A program made the translations under genes and the position numbers. This document shows, piece by piece, positions 40,455 to 49,381 of a stretch of DNA of 64,000 nt (the first letter of the stretch is position 1; each line of letters starts with the position of its first letter). Source of the DNA: Candidatus Pacearchaeota archaeon (GTDB taxonomy: Archaea; Nanobdellota; Nanobdellia; UBA10117; JAFCGI01); assembly GCA_017608235.1 (NCBI GenBank), contig JAFCGI010000001.1:74651-138650 (forward strand). Direction: 5' to 3'. The notes under the pieces are model-generated. The model saw nothing but the letters and a program-made list of their open reading frames with translations, searched no databases and was not told the DNA's origin.

Positions 40455-41675
40455 ATGGGAAAAATAAGCCCTGTATCAATTAAGTATATTATTCATGCAA
40501 GTATAAAATTGAATGGTTTGATAGATAAACCAGATGTAATTGGTGCTGTTTTTGGCCAAACAGAAGGTTTACTAGGAACTGAATTAGAGTTAAGAGAACT
40601 ACAGAAATCTGGTAGAATTGGAAGAATTGATGTTAAATTAGAAACAAAATCTGGCAATACTGAAGGAGAGATATTTTTACCTAGTTCTATGGGTAAATCT
40701 GAAACTGCTATAATTGCAGCATCTCTTGAAACTATTGAGAGAGTAGGTCCTTGTGATGCTAAGATTAAGGTAACGAATATAGAAGATGTGCGTGTAGCTA
40801 AGAGAAATTTTATTCTTGACAGAGCTAAAGACTTATTAAAAGGATTAGTTGGAGATATGCCAGATTCTCAAGCATTTACCAATCAAGTTACTCAAACTGT
40901 TAGAACATTAGAAATTACAGAATATGGTAAAGATAGGTTACCTGCAGGTCCAAACATAGAAGATGTAGAAGAAATAGTTATAGTTGAAGGTAGAGCAGAT
41001 GTTATTAATTTGCTTAAATATGGCATTAGAAATGTTGTTGGATTAAATGGAGCAACCACTTCTGATAGTATTATTGATTTATTGAAAAAGAAGGTAGTTA
41101 CTTTGTTTGTTGATGGAGATAGAGGTGGAGATTTAATAGTGAGAAAGCTAGCTTCATTAGCAGATATTGATTTTGTGGCAAAGGCTCCAGATGGTAAGGA
41201 AGTTGAAGAGCTTACTCTTAAGGAGATAAATAAGTCTCTTAGAGCTAAGATTGCTTGGGAGCAAGCACAGGAAGAATTTAAGAGTGTTAGCCAATTAAAA
41301 GAAAAGCAGCAAGTTTCAAGAAAGCCACAACAAAGAAAAACATCTAATACTGGTTTTGAAAGGAGAACTAGTGTGGAAGATATTCCAAAAAAGAGTTTGA
41401 AACTTATAAGGCAAATGGCTGAAGAGTTAATTGGTACTAGAGGAGCATTTGTTTTGGATGAGGCTTTGAATATTCTTGGAAAGGTTCCAATAAAAGAATT
41501 GAATGATACTCTGAAAAACATGACAGATGATATATTTGCAATTGTTATGGATGGTACAGCAGATAACAGATTAGCTAAGCTAGCTAATTCAAAAAATGTA
41601 AAATATTTGGTAGCTACTAGTTCTCAAGTTACAGAGAGAGTATCTACAAAGATTTTAATTTCATCTAAGATTTAG
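40455..41675 (+). CDS. dnaG: Archaeal DnaG-type primase/exosome-associated protein
   Basis: KPDVIGAVFGQTEGLLG, TOPRIM VEGRADV and DGDRGG; GAGGTGAT RBS points to ATG 40455. Confidence 0.96.
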   Translation: MGKISPVSIKYIIHASIKLNGLIDKPDVIGAVFGQTEGLLGTELELRELQKSGRIGRIDVKLETKSGNTEGEIFLPSSMGKSETAIIAASLETIERVGPCDAKIKVTNIEDVRVAKRNFILDRAKDLLKGLVGDMPDSQAFTNQVTQTVRTLEITEYGKDRLPAGPNIEDVEEIVIVEGRADVINLLKYGIRNVVGLNGATTSDSIIDLLKKKVVTLFVDGDRGGDLIVRKLASLADIDFVAKAPDGKEVEELTLKEINKSLRAKIAWEQAQEEFKSVSQLKEKQQVSRKPQQRKTSNTGFERRTSVEDIPKKSLKLIRQMAEELIGTRGAFVLDEALNILGKVPIKELNDTLKNMTDDIFAIVMDGTADNRLAKLANSKNVKYLVATSSQVTERVSTKILISSKI

Positions 41676-41720
41676 ATTCTTAGTTTTTCTTTTTTTATTC
41701 TAATTTTGTTTTTTAATTTT

Positions 41721-42359
41721 TTATTTTTTAATTTCTGCAAAGATGTTATTTTCAAATATTTCAGATTTTGTTGTATTTAGGGTTGCATTTTTAATCAGAT
41801 CTAGAAGTTCTTTTTTTGTGAATAAGTGATAGAATCGTTTGTATTTTTTACCCCAAGGCACATAGATATCTCCAAAATCTTTTTTGCCTTTGAGCTTGTC
41901 TTTAAAGAACTCTAAGAAAAATCTTTTTTGCCAGCGCTTCCATGCACTTATTAGTGCTTTTGATTTTGGCTTAAGTATCCTTTTTAGTTCTTTTAGACTT
42001 TTTATTCTTGATTTTTTAGAAGGTAGATGATGTATTGTAGCGATCATTATTCCGGCATCAAATTTATTTGATTTGAAAGGAAGATGTTCAGCATCTCCTT
42101 GTACTAATAATATTTTAGGATAATTTTTTTGAGATTCACTTAATGATTCAAATGAAAAATCAAGTCCAATAAATTTTTGATTTTTTATGTGTTTAATATC
42201 GTTGCAGTTTCCACATCCAATATTTATGATTAGTGAATATGGTTTTAGTGAGTTTAAAAAAGAATTAAGTGGCTTCCAAGTTTTTCGTTTATATCCTTTG
42301 AAGTCTTTAATTATACTGTCATAAGTGTGCATTAGTTCTTTCTTTTTGTTTTTATCCAT
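41721..42359 (-). CDS. Trm9/ALKBH8-like class I SAM methyltransferase
   Basis: YD.I..., IGCGN, IATIHH, RILKP, VPW, RFYHLF. Confidence 0.8.
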   Translation of the reverse strand: MDKNKKKELMHTYDSIIKDFKGYKRKTWKPLNSFLNSLKPYSLIINIGCGNCNDIKHIKNQKFIGLDFSFESLSESQKNYPKILLVQGDAEHLPFKSNKFDAGIMIATIHHLPSKKSRIKSLKELKRILKPKSKALISAWKRWQKRFFLEFFKDKLKGKKDFGDIYVPWGKKYKRFYHLFTKKELLDLIKNATLNTTKSEIFENNIFAEIKK

Positions 42360-43611
42360 TGTAAATTTTTAGTATTTTTACTTTTTTTAACTCTGGATCT
42401 TTTATTAATTTTTTTAGAAGGTTTTCGATTTTTGTATATTTTCTTTTTAGCATTACAAAATATCTTTTATTTTCTTTTTGTATTTTGTATTTTGAATATT
42501 TTTTTTTGAATGCAAGAATATTTTCTTTATTAGCTTTAACTGGTGGACCAAAATGTTTCTTTTGTTTATCTAGATCTTTTTTGTTTGTGATTATATAGAA
42601 AAGTGCTTTTCCTTTTCCGAACCATTGCCATTCAGCTTCTAGTATTTTAAAGTTAGAATCAGATATTTGTTTTTTTAGATATTTGAATTTTTTTAGGAGT
42701 TTTGAACCTATTATATCTTTTTTACCTTTTTCAGGGGTTGCTTCAAAGATTATTAATTTTTTGTTTTTACTTTTTTGCTTAAGATCTTTGATTGAGATTT
42801 CTTGTACTTTGAATTTATCAGGATAGCTAGGTTTGAAGTCTTTGAATTTTGAGATTACTTTTTCAAACTTATCTAAGCTTAGAGCTGCTGCTGCATTTCT
42901 TTCTGGTTGTATTGGATCGATTACAATTAAAGGAGATATTTTTGATTTATTGATTTTTGATAGAGCTTCTTTTTCAGATCTATAATATTTCATAGGATCT
43001 ATTACTTGATTTTTTTTCCATTTTTTTCCTTGAGTTATTAGTTTTTTAAATGATCCATAATATATTGTTAGTATTTCAAGAACATGGCCAGAAAAACCAC
43101 GAATATGACTTTCAGCTCCATATGCATTTATTGATTTGCATAAGGCTTTTGTATATCTGATTTCTTTTTTAAGCTTTGGATTATTTTTTACTTTGGACTT
43201 TACCCAGTTAATATGTAGAGGAGAGATGTCTGTTATGTTTTTTGCTTGTTTTGGAATTGAGATTTTTAGAACTGGTATAATTTCTATATCAAATTTATTT
43301 TTTTTAGTTTGGAAATAATCTCTTGAACCATGAACTCTTTTTATGTTTTTAAGAGAATTTTTCAGAATTTTTTCTGCTATGTTTGAGAGTTTAGTGGATT
43401 TATTTTTATATTGGTTATAATTAAATCTTAGGAAAAAATCGATATCATTTGCTCCTGGTAGCCAAGTATCTTTTGCAATGGAGCCACCAACTATAATATC
43501 TGCAGGAGTTTTTTGTTTTTTAATTTCTTTAGTTATTTTATCTATGATATTTTTAGTTGTAATTTTTATTGAATCATATTCTTTTTTATTAGGAATCACT
43601 TGTATTTCCAT
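42352..43611 (-). CDS. cca: Archaeal class I CCA-adding enzyme
   Basis: GGSIAKDTWL..DIDFF, DIEIIP, YGAE...GFSG...E, IDP....RNAAAA. Confidence 0.95.
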   Translation of the reverse strand: MEIQVIPNKKEYDSIKITTKNIIDKITKEIKKQKTPADIIVGGSIAKDTWLPGANDIDFFLRFNYNQYKNKSTKLSNIAEKILKNSLKNIKRVHGSRDYFQTKKNKFDIEIIPVLKISIPKQAKNITDISPLHINWVKSKVKNNPKLKKEIRYTKALCKSINAYGAESHIRGFSGHVLEILTIYYGSFKKLITQGKKWKKNQVIDPMKYYRSEKEALSKINKSKISPLIVIDPIQPERNAAAALSLDKFEKVISKFKDFKPSYPDKFKVQEISIKDLKQKSKNKKLIIFEATPEKGKKDIIGSKLLKKFKYLKKQISDSNFKILEAEWQWFGKGKALFYIITNKKDLDKQKKHFGPPVKANKENILAFKKKYSKYKIQKENKRYFVMLKRKYTKIENLLKKLIKDPELKKVKILKIYNG

Positions 43612-43701
43612 GCTTTAGAATTATAATTAGTAAGTAATAAGCGTTTCTAAAGCTATTATGTAAAGATTTAAATATCTTTCAAATTTCTAGTTTAATTAGT
43701 T

Positions 43702-44073
43702 ATGGATAAGGTAGTAGTTGGTTTAATTGAAGAGATAGAAATTAGTGGTAGAAATAAGAAGAAGATTTTAGCTAAATTTGATACTGGTGCTACAAGGAGC
43801 GCTGTGGATTTTGAATTAGCATCTGAACTGGAATTAGGACCTGTTGTTGGAAAGACTATTGTTAGAACAAATCATGGTGTGGGTAAGAGAGCAATAGTTA
43901 GGGCTATGCTTAATATATGCGGCAAAGAAATTGAGGCTAATGTTTCTTTATCAGATAGAGAGAAAAATAAATATAAACTGTTAATTGGTAGGGATGTTAT
44001 CCATTCTAATTTTATTATAGATCCAAGCAAGAGTAATTCAAATTTAAAAGAAAGCAGCATATTAGAAAAATGA
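43702..44073 (+). CDS. Retropepsin-like aspartic protease (RimB/RimK-associated type)
   Basis: VGLIE, AKFDTGATRS, L.DR...Y.LLIGRD, F.IDP. Confidence 0.88.
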   Translation: MDKVVVGLIEEIEISGRNKKKILAKFDTGATRSAVDFELASELELGPVVGKTIVRTNHGVGKRAIVRAMLNICGKEIEANVSLSDREKNKYKLLIGRDVIHSNFIIDPSKSNSNLKESSILEK

Positions 44074-45164
44074 AATTAGCAATTGTTAGTTTAAAAAGTG
44101 CAAGTACTAAACAAATACTTAATGAAGCAACCAGGTATTTTGATAAAGTAGATTTATGTCATATAAAGAAAGTAAGATTAGAAGCTAACTCTGATTTGGA
44201 TGTTGTTTGTGAAGGAGCTAAGTTATCTGATTATGATGCAGTTCATTTGCGTGGGTCTTTTCGATATGATATTTTTCTTTATTCTATTGCAAAGATATTA
44301 GAGAAAAAAGGAGTTTATATTGGTGCAGATCCTAGCTTTTTTAAGATCGCACATCATAAGTTTTTAACTAGCATTGTTTTAGCTAGACATAATATACCTA
44401 TTCCTAAAACATATTTGAGTAATACTGTAGGTGCTGCTAAGGAAATTTTAAATGAAACTATATATCCGATTGTTATTAAACTTCCTGGAGGCACTCATGG
44501 CAAGGGAGTTATGTTTGCAGATTCTAGGTCTAATGCAAGCGCGATATTAGATACTTTAGAAATTCTTAAACAACCAATTTTGATTCAGGAGTATTTAGAT
44601 TGTGATGGTGAGGATATTAGAGCAATTGTTGTAGGGGATAAGGTTGTTGCTGCAATGAAACGGATTGCAGAATTAGGTGGTAAGAAAAGTAATATTCATG
44701 CTGGAGGTAGGGGAGAACCAGTATCAGTAACTAAAGAGCTTGAAGAAGTTGCGGTGGCTGCAGCAAAAGCTCTGGGTGCAGATGTTTGTGCTGTTGATTT
44801 GATAGAACATATCAAAGGCTATAAAGTTATTGAGGTTAATGTTTCTGCAGGCTTGCAAGGAATTACAGAGGCAACTAAAATAAATGTTGCAGGCAAGATT
44901 GCAGAATTTATTTATAATCAGACTAAGAAAAAGAAAAGTGTAGCAGACGAGAAAACTTATACTAAATTATCAAAAGAACTTGGTCTTAAAACAAAAGAAG
45001 ACAGATTAGGTAGATCTTTATATTCTCTTGAAGCTAGCTTTGCAGGAAGCAAGCTAGTGATTCCAGATTCTATTTCAAAATATTTAAAAGTTAAAAAAGG
45101 AGAAGAGCTTTATTTTAAAGTAGGAAAAAATCGGATAGAAGTTATTAATCCTAGAAAAGAATGA
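44070..45164 (+). CDS. rimK: RimK/LysX-family ATP-grasp peptide ligase with C-terminal AbrB-like domain
   Basis: IPIPKT, KLPGGTHGKGV, IQEY, DIR..VVG, SNIHAGG, AVD, EVN. Confidence 0.9.
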   Translation: MKLAIVSLKSASTKQILNEATRYFDKVDLCHIKKVRLEANSDLDVVCEGAKLSDYDAVHLRGSFRYDIFLYSIAKILEKKGVYIGADPSFFKIAHHKFLTSIVLARHNIPIPKTYLSNTVGAAKEILNETIYPIVIKLPGGTHGKGVMFADSRSNASAILDTLEILKQPILIQEYLDCDGEDIRAIVVGDKVVAAMKRIAELGGKKSNIHAGGRGEPVSVTKELEEVAVAAAKALGADVCAVDLIEHIKGYKVIEVNVSAGLQGITEATKINVAGKIAEFIYNQTKKKKSVADEKTYTKLSKELGLKTKEDRLGRSLYSLEASFAGSKLVIPDSISKYLKVKKGEELYFKVGKNRIEVINPRKE

Positions 45165-46252
45165 ATCTGGAAAAATTAAGATTAATTGATTTGAAGTTAG
45201 CTAGTATTTATTACTGTGGGTCTAGAGAGCAGGATAGATTTAATTTTTTTACTCATTTAACTCCAATAAATTTGGATGTTGAGAAAGCTAAATTCTTTAA
45301 GGTGTTTGAGAAAGGCAAAGATTATGATCCTAAGTTTAGATATATGCCTCTAAGTAGGGAGCTTGCATTTACTAAGAAAAAATTAGAGAAGTTAGAAATA
45401 GATCATAGCTCTTTAGGAAGGATATTAGATAAGAAAAAGCATGAATTGCTTTCTAAAATTAAGATTGTGGAAAATATAGGAAAACCTGGCTTTACAAATG
45501 CTGCGCAAGAATTATTTCCCTTGCCTACTAAGTCTTTATTGAGTTTTGCAGACAAGCATATTAATCTAAGAGTAAGGGAGGAAATTCAGAATCTTAGTGC
45601 TGTAGATGCAGCTAAATTATTATCTAAAGTGCTTAAGAAATATTATTTGAATTGGAAAGTTTCTGTTGCAACTATAAGTGCTAATATGAATGTTAATCAA
45701 TATAACAAGACTTTGACTATCAATAAGGATGCTAGGTTTTCAGAAAAAGAACTTAGAAGTTTAATTGTTCATGAAATAGGTACACATATTCTTAGAAGCG
45801 AGAATGCTAGAACTCAGCCATATAATATTTTTATTGCTTTTCCAAATTATCTAACTACAGAAGAAGGATTAGCGATTGTTAACGAAGAGAATGCAAGGTG
45901 TTTAAGTTTGCAAAGAGCAAAGGTTCTTTCAGGAAGAGTGTTTGCTTCAGATTTTGCACTAAAGCATTCTTTTTCAGAAACTGTAAATAGGCTTCTTAGA
46001 TTTGGTTTCCATCCGCAAGATGTTTGGAATATTGTGTCTAGAACCAAGAGAGGATTAACAGATACATCTAAGCCAGGAGTTTTCGCTAAGGATATAGCAT
46101 ATTTGGATGGTGTAATGAAAGTTAAGAGGTTTATTAGGTCTGGTGGAAATCTTAGAGATTTATATTATGGAAAAATAGGAATACATGATATTCATATAAT
46201 AAAAGAGATTAGTTTTTTGAATAAGAAGCTCTATATACCTTCTTTTATTTAG
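45161..46252 (+). CDS. DUF1704/MATCAP-like (QEGLA-motif) gluzincin metallocarboxypeptidase
   Basis: HEIGTH (HExxxH), TEEGLA, RTKRG, KD..YL.G, LYYGKI. Confidence 0.85.
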   Translation: MNLEKLRLIDLKLASIYYCGSREQDRFNFFTHLTPINLDVEKAKFFKVFEKGKDYDPKFRYMPLSRELAFTKKKLEKLEIDHSSLGRILDKKKHELLSKIKIVENIGKPGFTNAAQELFPLPTKSLLSFADKHINLRVREEIQNLSAVDAAKLLSKVLKKYYLNWKVSVATISANMNVNQYNKTLTINKDARFSEKELRSLIVHEIGTHILRSENARTQPYNIFIAFPNYLTTEEGLAIVNEENARCLSLQRAKVLSGRVFASDFALKHSFSETVNRLLRFGFHPQDVWNIVSRTKRGLTDTSKPGVFAKDIAYLDGVMKVKRFIRSGGNLRDLYYGKIGIHDIHIIKEISFLNKKLYIPSFI

Positions 46253-48056
46253 CTATTGATGATTTTCCAGCAGGTAAAACCTGCATTATTTTATCTAGGA
46301 GTTTTTTATTGATTTTTAATTTCTTTATTATTTTTTGAGCTATCTCAGATTTTTTTTGCCAGCCAGGAGATATTACTATATAGTTTTTAGTTTGTTTTTT
46401 AATTGCAGATTCTGGGCCTGCAATTATTTTTCCTTTGAATCCTATTGCTAATTTTAGTATGGCGTTTCTTTGATGATTTTTCTTGCCATATATCATGAAT
46501 GCACCTTTTCCTATGTACTGTCCAGAAGGAGCTTTTTTGGATACTTGATCTGGATTTATATAATATGTATCTACATTTCCTACTCCAGATTTCCAAGCTT
46601 TAGAATATGAAGCTGTTGCGATTGCTACTTCTTCTAAAGTGGCTTTTGGAATTTTTTTGTTTTCAGGATTTTTTATTATAAAAAAAGGAGATCCTGTTAT
46701 TTCTGTATGGAATACAAGATCATTTTTTTCTGTGTATTTTTTGATTATAATCTCATTGGAAGTCGCATCTTTTCCTCCTACTGCTAAGAATCCATCGCTA
46801 GAATAAAACCAATGGAATTTTTCATACCATTTTTTCTTGGTTTTGATTATTTTTTCTGGTTCCTTGAATTTAATTTGAGTTTTTTCTTTATCTAAATTTT
46901 TTATTTTCTCAAGAGTTTGATTTATGATTTTTTCTGCACCAGAAATTTTCTTCTTGATTTGCTTTGCAGTATCATAGTATTTTGAAGCATTTTCTTCTAA
47001 TGATTTTTTTGGATTTAATTTTATGTTTTTTATTTTATCTTTGCCTTCTTTTAGATATTTAGAAACTAATGAGTAATTTGTATAGAGAAAATCCCCAATT
47101 TCTTTATTTTTTTGATATAGTTTTTTATAGTTGTCTAGGGATTCTTTTTGAGTTTCATATATTTTTTTTAATTTAGTTATTTTAGCAAGATAGTTTGCTT
47201 CCAGTTTTGTTTTTATTTCTTGAGATAGCAATTCTGTGAAATAGATATCTAAGGCAGTATTAAAATTATCTACTTTTTTTTGATCATATTTTTTGTATAT
47301 TTTTAGTTTTATTGGCGTTACGTCAATTATTTTTTTATCTTTATAGATTAGATAAGGTGTTGGTTTTTTTGTTTTGGTTAGAAAGGTTTCTATTTCAGAA
47401 ATAATTGTATTAGTTTCTTTATCTGTTAGATTTTTTGAAATTTTGTTTTTACTTATTTTTGAATTATAGCAGATTTCTTCTGCAAAGATTCCTCCAAGAG
47501 AAAATTCTGTTGCAAGGGTTTTTACTATTTCTTTGCCTGATTTTTTAATTATGTTTTGAATTTCTGATTTTCTTAATCTAAATATATTTAGGTTTTCAGG
47601 AGGGTATTTGTAAGTATGATTTACTTTTAGAGTACGAGTTTTCCATTGCTCTGGTTTTGCTAGTGCAATTATTTTATAATTTTCATCAGTTAGAATAAAA
47701 TTTCCTTTTGAAAATAATTCGCAGATTAATATGCGATCTAAGAAATTTATTTCTATGATTCTTTCTAGGTTTTTTTGAGATATGTTTTTTATGATTTTAT
47801 TACCTAGATTTTTTCTTAGAGTTGTACAGAAAGTATTTGGTTTTTCTGGAAGATCTATTTTGTGCTCTGTTAGATATATTCCTATGCCTGAGTCTATTTT
47901 AAGAAGTATTTCACCTACCTGAGATTTATATATTTTGAGAAGTATTTGTTTTGAATTTGGTTGATATATTTGGTTTATTTTTGTGTCTATTATTTTTTCT
48001 TTTATTTCTTTTATTGCTGTAGCTAATTCTAGGGAGCTTAGTTTTTTGATTTTCAT
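46245..48056 (-). CDS. rqcH: Ribosome quality-control protein RqcH/Rqc2 (NFACT family)
   Basis: ERII, ELFSKGN.IL, NA..YY, WYEKFHWF.SSDG, GKDATSNE, QVSK....G.Y...GAFMIYG. Confidence 0.93.
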   Translation of the reverse strand: MKIKKLSSLELATAIKEIKEKIIDTKINQIYQPNSKQILLKIYKSQVGEILLKIDSGIGIYLTEHKIDLPEKPNTFCTTLRKNLGNKIIKNISQKNLERIIEINFLDRILICELFSKGNFILTDENYKIIALAKPEQWKTRTLKVNHTYKYPPENLNIFRLRKSEIQNIIKKSGKEIVKTLATEFSLGGIFAEEICYNSKISKNKISKNLTDKETNTIISEIETFLTKTKKPTPYLIYKDKKIIDVTPIKLKIYKKYDQKKVDNFNTALDIYFTELLSQEIKTKLEANYLAKITKLKKIYETQKESLDNYKKLYQKNKEIGDFLYTNYSLVSKYLKEGKDKIKNIKLNPKKSLEENASKYYDTAKQIKKKISGAEKIINQTLEKIKNLDKEKTQIKFKEPEKIIKTKKKWYEKFHWFYSSDGFLAVGGKDATSNEIIIKKYTEKNDLVFHTEITGSPFFIIKNPENKKIPKATLEEVAIATASYSKAWKSGVGNVDTYYINPDQVSKKAPSGQYIGKGAFMIYGKKNHQRNAILKLAIGFKGKIIAGPESAIKKQTKNYIVISPGWQKKSEIAQKIIKKLKINKKLLDKIMQVLPAGKSSIAK

Positions 48057-48080
48057 TGATCAAAAATAAGAAATATTGGA

Positions 48081-48584
48081 TTAAATATCTGTTGTTTCTT
48101 CTGTTTCTTCATGCAGTTCTATTTTTTCTCCTTCTTTAAGTTTGAAGTATTCATAAAATTTCTTTGTAGGTTTTAGTCTTTTAGTTTGGCCATGTGGTTC
48201 TGCAGAAATAAATCCTAATTCAACTAGTTTTTTAACATGTGCATATGCTTTATTGCTTCTTGCTTTTATTAAACTGGATTGTAATATTTTTTTTCTCCAT
48301 GCAATATAGCCAAGAGTTTCTAGCACAGATTTTTCTATTTCTGGTTCTGCTGCCTCTTTGACATAGTTTAGATATTCTTCTTTTACCTCGAATTTCCATT
48401 CACCATTTTTTTCTACTATTCTTATTCCTGCACCCCTGTTTTCATATTCCTGTTGCATTTCATTTAGTATTCTTTTCACGAATCCAGGCGAACCTATGTT
48501 TAATGTGGTAGCTATTTTTCTTGCACTAACTCCATGAGTTATACAATAAAGTATTGCTTCAATTTTTGCTTTTGATTCATCCAT
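48081..48584 (-). CDS. scpB: SMC-Scp complex subunit ScpB
   Basis: IEAILY, LETLGYIAW, HVK.L...G.I, T.KF.EYF. Confidence 0.9.
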   Translation of the reverse strand: MDESKAKIEAILYCITHGVSARKIATTLNIGSPGFVKRILNEMQQEYENRGAGIRIVEKNGEWKFEVKEEYLNYVKEAAEPEIEKSVLETLGYIAWRKKILQSSLIKARSNKAYAHVKKLVELGFISAEPHGQTKRLKPTKKFYEYFKLKEGEKIELHEETEETTDI

Positions 48585-49380
48585 TTTTTGCTTTTATTAT
48601 ATCCTGGCTTATATTTTTTTCTTTGATTCTAATTGATATTTCTCCAAAATGTTCTTTTTGAGATAGTTCTATTTTGTCTTGATTTGCAAGATGCAATAAT
48701 GGAACAAAAGTCCAAATTATGTCTTTTTTTTCGTTACTAGGAATTATTTGGTTGAATTCAACAACTGGTTGTCGCGTCTTTTTTAAATATTCTATAAGAG
48801 TATTATATACATTTTTTATTTTTTCAAAAATATCTACTTTTTTTCTTAGTTTTGGAGGCTCAGGACGTGGAGCATTTTTAATTAATTCATGCCGCTTTAC
48901 TCTTTTTTCTTCAACATCCATTGCTTTTTTAAGAGCATCCATTAATTCAAATACAGTTACTTTTCTTTTTCTTATACCAGGAATTCTTGTTGTTAGTTCT
49001 TTGCCTTTTCTTTTTCTGGTTTTTCCAGATTCTAATGCTATATTTTCTAAGTCTCCATCTTCAAAACCCATAGAATTTAGTTCTAAGCTAAGATCATCTT
49101 CTAAATCATCTGTATTTGTTAATGCTAGAAACTTATCTAAGCCCATATATTTTGTTTTTAATTTTAGAAGTATTGCTGCAGCAAGTATAACTTTTCCAGA
49201 TAGCCTGAAGTTTAGATTTTTTAGTTGTTTTATTATAGTAAGATATTCTTTAGAAAGATGAGAAATATCTAAGTCCCAAGGATCTATTTTTTTTGATCTT
49301 ACTAATTCATATATAACAGTTTGCCATTTAATATCATCTTCTTGAAATAAAATATCATATATTTGCTGATTTTTTTTCAT
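48577..49380 (-). CDS. scpA: Kleisin ScpA
   Basis: IDPWDLDI, SG..IL.AAILL.LK, VT..ELM.AL, F..LLHLA, Q...FGEI. Confidence 0.92.
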   Translation of the reverse strand: MKKNQQIYDILFQEDDIKWQTVIYELVRSKKIDPWDLDISHLSKEYLTIIKQLKNLNFRLSGKVILAAAILLKLKTKYMGLDKFLALTNTDDLEDDLSLELNSMGFEDGDLENIALESGKTRKRKGKELTTRIPGIRKRKVTVFELMDALKKAMDVEEKRVKRHELIKNAPRPEPPKLRKKVDIFEKIKNVYNTLIEYLKKTRQPVVEFNQIIPSNEKKDIIWTFVPLLHLANQDKIELSQKEHFGEISIRIKEKNISQDIIKAKNG

Positions 49381-49381
49381 T

